From Ignavibacteriota bacterium (GTDB lineage Bacteria > Bacteroidota > Ignavibacteria > Palsa-1295): 64,000 nt of DNA. The translations under genes were made by a program, and so were the position numbers. Positions within the stretch are counted from its first letter, which is position 1, and every line of letters begins with the position of its first letter. Below are positions 57,211-64,000 of the stretch, one piece after another. Location of the stretch: assembly GCA_963787835.1 (NCBI GenBank), contig CAWBEI010000002.1, positions 128,001 to 192,000 on the forward strand, given 5' to 3'. The notes under the pieces were generated by a model. It did not search any database and was not told where the DNA came from. It saw only the letters and a program-made list of their open reading frames with translations.

Positions 57211-58468
57211 GTCTCCTGGTTGGTGTGAACCATTGCTCGGAAAAGCTCACATCAGCCCCTAAACGCACGAAGGTCTCGTTCGGTGCGGAGCCGCTTATCT
57301 GCGGCGTACGCTGGCCAATGACCAGCGAAAGATTCAACAATGTTTCCAAGCTCACCGGTATCCCCACTCCGCCAGAAACAGAATATTCCCGAACACCGCC
57401 AGAACCTACCGGGTTGACAGGAAGCGTGCCATAAGAAAAACCTAATCGAAGTGCCCATCGGTCAAGACCAGAATTGCTGCCAAATTCGCTGCCTAAATTC
57501 GGCAGACGTTCAATGCCAACTGAGAACCGATTGCTCGAACGCATCAGCGTGTCACCGGAGATCGCTGTTGGCGAGTAGAGATATGCCGTGGAAAAATCCT
57601 GTGCGAAATAGTCAACCTCAGCACGATATCTTCTGCCGACATGAAACGAGATACCGGCGGATAGCGAAGCCGGATAACGCCCGACCCCGTTCACATCAAT
57701 GTTCGTATCGAGCGATGAGGAAATCGGTGTGATGATCGTTTGCTGCGTGGATTTAAGATTAGTTGCAAAGCTATAGCTTGCTCCGAAGGATATTCCGTCG
57801 AGCGCATCGGCAATAGAATCTCCGATGAGCTGCAAACCGAACGTTGGCCGAACTCCATAAAAAAGATAGTCCCGTTCGAATTGGCCGGTGGCTGACTCCG
57901 TATCGGTATAACTTACTTGGTCGATGTGCCGGATATCGCCGGTCACGAGATCCAGCCGAGCGCCGAGTGCGACTGCTGGGATAGGCCGAGCCGCAAAACC
58001 GGCAAACACAAGATTGGTACCACCGCGAATGATATAATTCTTGGTGCTGGACGAATCGCTCTCGTTAATATCATCGCTGGCGTTGGTCAAAGGAACATAG
58101 CCGAGCGAGATCGCACCATGATACTTGTTCAATACCGGCGCGGCGAAAGAGGCCCCGCTGAATTGTATGTTTTGCTGACGATCCGTATTACCAGACAGTG
58201 TGGCATTACTCATATCGTAATGGACTGAAGCCTGAAACCGCGTTCGGGCGATCCACGTCCAGTCGGCGGGGTTAAGATCGTTCACTAACCTGCTTGCCTC
58301 CATGGCTATGCCGGTTCCGCCCAGCGCTTCGAGTGTTTCACTTCCGGAATGCACCGGAAGCCCAAAGCCGATCAAATCATACGGCGACCCCTGAGCGAAG
58401 CCCGTATTAGAAAATGCAAGCAAAAAAAGTACAAATAAGGCCCAGCGCGCCCTTCGGTGTTGGTGCAT
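57206..58468 (-). CDS. FadL/PorV-like outer membrane beta-barrel
   Basis: Signal peptide, SPY..IGFG, ALGG.G, NPA and EQWF motifs. Confidence 0.7.
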   Translation of the reverse strand: MHQHRRARWALFVLFLLAFSNTGFAQGSPYDLIGFGLPVHSGSETLEALGGTGIAMEASRLVNDLNPADWTWIARTRFQASVHYDMSNATLSGNTDRQQNIQFSGASFAAPVLNKYHGAISLGYVPLTNASDDINESDSSSTKNYIIRGGTNLVFAGFAARPIPAVALGARLDLVTGDIRHIDQVSYTDTESATGQFERDYLFYGVRPTFGLQLIGDSIADALDGISFGASYSFATNLKSTQQTIITPISSSLDTNIDVNGVGRYPASLSAGISFHVGRRYRAEVDYFAQDFSTAYLYSPTAISGDTLMRSSNRFSVGIERLPNLGSEFGSNSGLDRWALRLGFSYGTLPVNPVGSGGVREYSVSGGVGIPVSLETLLNLSLVIGQRTPQISGSAPNETFVRLGADVSFSEQWFTPTRRQ

Positions 58469-59739
58469 TACTTCAGTTTAGAATATGAAAGAATGAAGTA
58501 CGGACGCTTTGTCACATCAGCACAGTTCGGGCCATAAAAAGTCCAGCGGTTTACGGTGTTGTCTTCGACTCCTATCGTTTCCGGAGCGGGTGCATCGAAA
58601 CTTCGCGAAGAGTATCCGGACCGCAATTCAAATCCCAAATTTGGGATGGAATCCCGAAGCCATTCCTGCACCATGCCTCGGACCTGGAAGCGGTACGTGA
58701 TATTCGGATTTGTCGGTGAGATAGTATCCAAGGAGCCATTGCCGTCATAATGATCGGCAGAGTCCACGCTGCCAACGAGTACAATATCCGGGCCGATCGT
58801 ATCTCCTTCAATATTGGAATGGCTGGAATTTGCCGGGTCCAGCGTGAGTACCAGCGTGGCATTATTGATCGTCGTAAAGGCATTGAGCTGGGCATCCGTG
58901 GTATCTTTCGAATTTGCAAGATTCAGCGTAATACGTTCTCGCTTGCCAGAGCCGCCTCGAAGCGTAAATTCCCCGGCTGGCGGCGTGCTCATCTCATGGA
59001 CATAAAACAGATCCACCGAGGGAGCGCGGAAGACCGAATCGCCATTATTTAAATAATACTCGATCTGCGGTACGGAGTTTACATCACCATAACTATGGAT
59101 CGTGCCAAAACCACGGGCATTGGTCATCTTCTGCATTGGGGCGATCACATAATTGATGAACGGTGACGTAAGATTTGGAATAGCACTGGAAGAGATGGGA
59201 ATCTCGAGTCCGCGATCGGTGGAGTCCGGAAACGAGGTGTCAATCGAGCCTATCGGAACTGTGGATGCGATCGTGCTCCAGGGTAATGTAGTTACGGAAT
59301 CATAATCGAAGCTGCTATAAAGGCTATAGACCACAAAGCTCACCTGGCTTTTCAAGCCACTTGTCGTATCGCCGTAAGACATATTTCCATCTTTAAGTAT
59401 CAATCTAATACCAGTTATCATGGAGAGGGAATCCGGACTTAGAGGCGGAAATTGCAACAGCCCCCAGGACTCGAAATTATCCGTTCCGCCATACGGATTC
59501 TGTACTTTCCCGATGATCATCAGCGTGGTGGAATCGGTAAGCGCGTAGTTTATCTGGTTGGCCGTGACGAATGGGCGGAGGGTATCGGCGAATTGGATAA
59601 AGGCGGCGTCGTTTCGGATGCTCGTCTGGGTTGCAATCGTATCCGAATAATACGGTGCTCCGAGGTTTGAGATCTTATCCACGCAACCCGAGAGTGCAAG
59701 GCTGGCAGCAGTAAGAAGAAGGATGGTGTATTTCAGCAA
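58468..59739 (-). CDS. lipoprotein (DUF4270-like)
   Basis: Lipobox LSGC, TINNATLVL motif; adjacent to glgA. Confidence 0.6.
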   Translation of the reverse strand: MLKYTILLLTAASLALSGCVDKISNLGAPYYSDTIATQTSIRNDAAFIQFADTLRPFVTANQINYALTDSTTLMIIGKVQNPYGGTDNFESWGLLQFPPLSPDSLSMITGIRLILKDGNMSYGDTTSGLKSQVSFVVYSLYSSFDYDSVTTLPWSTIASTVPIGSIDTSFPDSTDRGLEIPISSSAIPNLTSPFINYVIAPMQKMTNARGFGTIHSYGDVNSVPQIEYYLNNGDSVFRAPSVDLFYVHEMSTPPAGEFTLRGGSGKRERITLNLANSKDTTDAQLNAFTTINNATLVLTLDPANSSHSNIEGDTIGPDIVLVGSVDSADHYDGNGSLDTISPTNPNITYRFQVRGMVQEWLRDSIPNLGFELRSGYSSRSFDAPAPETIGVEDNTVNRWTFYGPNCADVTKRPYFILSYSKLK

Positions 59740-59823
59740 GGCGTGATATTCTGGATGGCACTGAGGAAATGCCGATCGATACTTATGAACGGTTATCTGG
59801 AGAAAACGCGACTATCATGACCA

Positions 59824-61410
59824 CTACTCAAAGGATGAGAGAGCGCTGGTCGTTCCCGCAGGCTGCTTCGGAGCCACTTTTTGTACTTTAAGCACCTTCT
59901 CATAGACTTGAGCATATTCGACCGCTGACCGATCCCAGGAGAAATCCTTTTTCATGCCATTGATCTGAAGCTGCCGCCAGAGCGGCTGATCGTTATGATA
60001 GATCTTCAGCGCATGTTCGATGGCTTTCCAGAACGCATGCGCATCGTATTTCTCGAAGGTAAATCCGGTTGGCCGCGTGCGCGGTCGGTCGGCTGCACCA
60101 TCGAGATCGATCACGGTATCCGCCAAACCACCGGTCTTGCGAACAACAGGGACCGTCCCATAGTGCATGGAATACATCTGGTTCAGGCCGCAGGGTTCAT
60201 AGGCACTCGGCATAAGAAAAATATCGCACCCGGCCTCGATCTTATGCGCAAAACTATCGTGGAATCCAAAATAGATACCAATGTGGTCAGGATGCTTCTT
60301 TTGCAATTTCGTCAGAATATCGACGTATTTCTTATCGCCCTCGCCGAGCACGACAAGTTGAGCATCCGCCTCGACGATCTTTTCGATGATCTCGACCAAT
60401 AAGCCGAATCCCTTTTGGTCGATAAGGCGTGCGATCATGCCGAGCACCGGGCGGCCCTCCTTATACGGAATATTCATATCGAAGCAAAGGTCTTGCTTGC
60501 AGGCTTCTTTCGCTGAAAAATCGCCTTCTACAAAATCTTCGGTGGCATAGGGCCGCACGATATTCACATCGTTGGCCGGATCCCAGACGAGCAGATCGAT
60601 CCCATTTAAAATTCCATGCAGATCGCGTTTGCGTTTAGCGAGTAGCTGGTCGAGGCCGCAGCCAAATTCCGGCGTGCGAATCTCTTCCGCATACGTCTGG
60701 CTGACGGTAGTAATCGCATCGGCATACGCAATGCCGGATTTGAGATAAGAGACCTGGCCATAGAATTCCAATCCATCGGGCGTGAAAAATTCCTGCGGGA
60801 GTTCGAGCTTTGGAAATGTCGATGCAGGAAAATTCCCTTGATACTCCAGATTGTGAACCGTGAACACCACTTTCGTATCCTTGAAGAATGGATCGTCTTT
60901 GAATCGTCCTTTCAGGAGTGCAGGCACGAGGCCGCCCTGCCAGTCATTACAATGAATGATGTCCGGCTTCCATTGCAGCAAGCGGCATAACTCGAACGCG
61001 GCAAGCCCATAGAGCAAGAAGCGTTCGTCGTTATCGGGATAATCGGTATGGGTAACGGGATCGACGTAAAGCCCCAGACGCTGGAAGTATTCTTCGTTCT
61101 CCAGAAAATACAGTTGAATGCGCGTTTTGTTCGTCAGGATCGCGGAAGATTTTAAATTGGTAACAAGGGTTTTGCCAGCGATCTCGAACTCCACGCCCTG
61201 CAACCGGTTGATAAGATGGATCTTCTGCTTTTTCTCGCCGATGAATCCGTACTTCGGCATCATGACGCGCACATCATGACCAAGCTCGCGAAGAGCCTGC
61301 GGCAGCGCGGCGCTGACATCCGCCAGCCCGCCTGTTTTCGCGAACGGATACACTTCCGTCGAAAGAAAAAGAACGTTCCGAGGGGTAAATTGTGGCCGTG
61401 GTGAGGTCAT
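59824..61410 (-). CDS. glgA: glycogen synthase
   Basis: KTGGLADV, HCNDWQ, QKG, EPCGL and TGGLADT motifs. Confidence 0.96.
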   Translation of the reverse strand: MTSPRPQFTPRNVLFLSTEVYPFAKTGGLADVSAALPQALRELGHDVRVMMPKYGFIGEKKQKIHLINRLQGVEFEIAGKTLVTNLKSSAILTNKTRIQLYFLENEEYFQRLGLYVDPVTHTDYPDNDERFLLYGLAAFELCRLLQWKPDIIHCNDWQGGLVPALLKGRFKDDPFFKDTKVVFTVHNLEYQGNFPASTFPKLELPQEFFTPDGLEFYGQVSYLKSGIAYADAITTVSQTYAEEIRTPEFGCGLDQLLAKRKRDLHGILNGIDLLVWDPANDVNIVRPYATEDFVEGDFSAKEACKQDLCFDMNIPYKEGRPVLGMIARLIDQKGFGLLVEIIEKIVEADAQLVVLGEGDKKYVDILTKLQKKHPDHIGIYFGFHDSFAHKIEAGCDIFLMPSAYEPCGLNQMYSMHYGTVPVVRKTGGLADTVIDLDGAADRPRTRPTGFTFEKYDAHAFWKAIEHALKIYHNDQPLWRQLQINGMKKDFSWDRSAVEYAQVYEKVLKVQKVAPKQPAGTTSALSSFE

Positions 61411-61561
61411 TTTTTAGAACGTGGAGAGGTGTGGCGACTGGTCCTTAAACAGAGCTTCCGTCACCCGCAAAACATGAATTTCAATACGCGACGCTAAAAA
61501 TGTAGTATTTTAGATTGTTGAGTTATGTGTCCGAAGTCCTGTGACGTGACACAAACATCTA

Positions 61562-61569
61562 CAAAAATA
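61562..61569 (-). promoter_or_regulatory. candidate TAnnTTTG -7 box upstream of glgA
   Basis: Minus strand ccgTATTTTTGt; lacks the island operator. Confidence 0.5.
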
Positions 61570-61632
61570 CGGAATTTTCGAGGGGAATGTGTGGAATGGG
61601 GAAATACCTTACTTTACCATTGTTCTTGACAT

Positions 61633-61741
61633 CGTCATTGCGAGGAGCATTTGGCGATCGAAGAGAGCCAAATGCGACGAAGCAATCCCTCTCCATTGAA
61701 TAGATTGCTTCGTCGTCCCTCCGGGACTCCTCGCAATGACA
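61633..61741. repeat. REP-like element, second family (CGTCATTGCGAGG...CCTCGCAATGAC)
   Basis: Terminal inverted repeats plus inner GAAGCAATC/GATTGCTTC arms. Confidence 0.85.
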
Positions 61742-61750
61742 GGGTAAACG

Positions 61751-62206
61751 TTATTGCTCCAACGCCCAGACCCGCGCAACCTGCTCCTTGTTCCACGCGC
61801 TTTGGGCATCGCCGGAAGAAATGGGCGTAGCGAACCAGGCATCGAGGATCTCCTTCATTACCGGTACCGGAGTAGCGCGAAGACTTAGCGCAAGCACATT
61901 CGCGTGATTGAAAATGCGGGCGCCCCGAGCAGTTTCGGCGTCTCCGGCAAGAGCGCAGCGAACGCCAGCGATCTTATTTGCCGCGATAGCGACACCCGTT
62001 CCAGTCCAGCAGCAGACGATCCCTTCCACTGCGCTGCCATCGGCCACGGCACGCGCCACATCTGCTGCGACGAGCGGCCAATCGCGGTTCGCCTCTCCGA
62101 TCGTCAGTGGACCAAATGCTACAAGCGTGTGCCCGCGATTCTCAAGCTCGGATTTGAGCGCTTGCGTTAGTTCTGTTGCCGTGTCGCTGCCGATGGATAT
62201 TTTCAT
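61751..62206 (-). CDS. RpiB/LacA/LacB-family sugar-phosphate isomerase (divergent)
   Basis: CCWTGTG, AANK and NHANVL motifs. Confidence 0.85.
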   Translation of the reverse strand: MKISIGSDTATELTQALKSELENRGHTLVAFGPLTIGEANRDWPLVAADVARAVADGSAVEGIVCCWTGTGVAIAANKIAGVRCALAGDAETARGARIFNHANVLALSLRATPVPVMKEILDAWFATPISSGDAQSAWNKEQVARVWALEQ

Positions 62207-62333
62207 GTTTTCTGAAAGTGTGTAAACCGGGTTTTAACCCGGTTCAGAATGATCGATCATGCTTTTTCAATTCGCTGGAATAGGCGCATATTATGTGCCA
62301 GTTTTGCATGGCGGAACTCAATAAAAACATTGA

Positions 62334-62558
62334 TTACACTTTTTTAAATGCATTGTCGATGAGAAGGATGCCGGGATGAACTCCTAACGCATCGGCAAGT
62401 TGACATAAATTTGAAAGAGTAAGATTCATCTCTCCCCTTTCCACCGCGCCGATATATGTTCTTTTGAAACCAGATTTTAATGCGAAACCCTCCTGAGAAA
62501 AGCCCTTAGCCTCTCTCAAAAATCGTATATTTCTACCCACTATTTTCTGCATATCCAT
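62334..62558 (-). CDS. XRE-family HTH regulator
   Basis: LREAKGFSQE, YIGAVERGE.N motifs; start ATG 62558. Confidence 0.88.
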   Translation of the reverse strand: MDMQKIVGRNIRFLREAKGFSQEGFALKSGFKRTYIGAVERGEMNLTLSNLCQLADALGVHPGILLIDNAFKKV

Positions 62559-62688
62559 GCTGTAAAAGGATGGAATATGAAGGGGCGGTAAAATTACGCC
62601 ATTCAAGCATGGCGACAAAAAATGTCGTATATTTGTATTGACTTTTGAGATTCAATACTTCAAACATTCTATATCTGGTAGGGTTTTT

Positions 62689-63693
62689 ATGAAACGAATC
62701 ATTTTCCCCGTTCTGCTTCTCAGCATGGTTTTCGTGGCTTCGATAGCGCGAGCGCAAGCTCCGACTTACTATGGAGCATTGCTTTATAGCATGCACGCTG
62801 ATACTTCTGAGCCTCCGCTATACACGGGCCAACCAACGGCTGTAACAACGGCGTACCTCTGGCTCGATGAGGCGATGAGGTTTTATAACGAATCTACAAT
62901 TGAACATTTTATAAATGCACTTTCGTGGGATGATACCCCCCAGACGATAGCAAGCAATTTTTATCAGATCCAACATGATAACCCTCTCTCGTTCTATGTA
63001 TGGTCTGGAGATCGGATGAGACCAAACCCCTATAAGGCTGAACCAAGCATGGCTCGTGAATTTTTCGAAAATTTCGTTTCCACGAGCGCAGGAGACACGG
63101 CCCGAACGAGTTGGCTTCTGTCAGCAGATATTATCGCGGATATTACTGTTTCAGACACATTGTGCAGATTCGATCCCACTGCAATGAGTGTGAAAGACTG
63201 GGTTTTGGTAAATTCGACCGTACTCGACACCATAAAAGGTAAAAAAATTCCAGAGTGTTCTGGTTATTTCAGAACGGGAAAGAAGATCGAATTGCCCCTA
63301 AGCACCCCCACATCAGCCTTGCCAGTCTATGCTGTCGCTGCAAACGTTGGCACATGCCTTCAATTCCAATATTCACCGGAAGGGCATCGAAGTCTTGACG
63401 AAGATATGCTTAATAATTCCCTAAAGGATTCATTGGGAGGATGGTGGATCAAACCAGGTAAAGAGTATATTGTTTTTCTCTCTTTCGTGGGAATCGGAGC
63501 GGACACTTCTTCAGCATATTTTACCACTTGTCCGTGTAATGGTATTACCGGCCATAGTGGGGGAATGTATTTGGTTAAGAGTGGGGTCGTACAGGATCCG
63601 TATGATGATTTTGGGTTAGGTGGAACTGGTTTGACTGTAGCCGCTTGGAAATCCCGGTTGCGAGCGCGAATTAACGCAATTATTACTCCTTGA
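62689..63693 (+). CDS. secreted hypothetical protein
   Basis: MKRIIF signal peptide ending ARA-Q; TATATTTG box upstream at about 62628-62635. Confidence 0.7.
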   Translation: MKRIIFPVLLLSMVFVASIARAQAPTYYGALLYSMHADTSEPPLYTGQPTAVTTAYLWLDEAMRFYNESTIEHFINALSWDDTPQTIASNFYQIQHDNPLSFYVWSGDRMRPNPYKAEPSMAREFFENFVSTSAGDTARTSWLLSADIIADITVSDTLCRFDPTAMSVKDWVLVNSTVLDTIKGKKIPECSGYFRTGKKIELPLSTPTSALPVYAVAANVGTCLQFQYSPEGHRSLDEDMLNNSLKDSLGGWWIKPGKEYIVFLSFVGIGADTSSAYFTTCPCNGITGHSGGMYLVKSGVVQDPYDDFGLGGTGLTVAAWKSRLRARINAIITP

Positions 63694-63728
63694 AATTATC
63701 CATTAAATATTAGAAGTGGAGTGATTTA

Positions 63729-64000
63729 ATGAAACGCATTATCGCATTAGTTCCATTAGTGTTACTTTTGATTTCGAATGAAACATCTGCACAGGTGAGA
63801 TGCACCACCCCGTGCTGGGAGCAAAGCTTCCCTTATCTCTTTTGTGATCCCAGATCAGGTATTCAATCAGTAGGTTGCTCTACTAACCCGAATGACGATC
63901 CGCAGGGAATTCCTACAAAAGCGTACATACCCGGCTGTGTATCGATCTATTACGAATTTAACTTGGATACGCTTTGGCAACCTTCTGATCCGATTCCGGT
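63729..64000 (+). CDS. secreted Cys-rich protein, 3'-truncated by the window edge
   Basis: MKRIIALVPLVLLLISNETSA-QVRC...; frame open to the end. Confidence 0.6.
   Translation, partial: MKRIIALVPLVLLLISNETSAQVRCTTPCWEQSFPYLFCDPRSGIQSVGCSTNPNDDPQGIPTKAYIPGCVSIYYEFNLDTLWQPSDPIP

Overview
This is a 64-kb bacterial chromosomal window from the Bacteroidota/FCB lineage, possibly Ignavibacteria- or Kapabacteria-like. That placement is inferred from T9SS C-terminal sorting domains, TAnnTTTG promoter boxes and signal peptides ending in A-Q. The flanks are mostly housekeeping: ribosomal proteins S18/L28, an LPS/glycosyltransferase cluster with MsbA, hpnCD, ruvC, heme A/O synthases, ccmE/ccmF, tatC, glyA, rpiB and glgA. 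The centre (~17.2-36.2 kb) is an accessory island, almost entirely on the minus strand, ending in an AraC regulator. Its main feature is six copies of an exactly 69-bp promoter/operator module. Each has two AATT(A/T)TGTAAC direct repeats 21 bp apart, a 21-nt variable spacer and a TAnnTTTG -7 box. The modules head blocks of envelope, stress-type and very small genes, several of them absent from the ORF track, which suggests a self-contained AraC regulon. The island also has a sensor-less histidine kinase built from 18 tandem 21-aa coiled-coil repeats, its receiver, and a membrane-anchored protein with 61-aa repeats. I saw no rRNA, tRNA, CRISPR array, integrase or transposase. All product calls come from recognising motifs by eye; no database searches were run.
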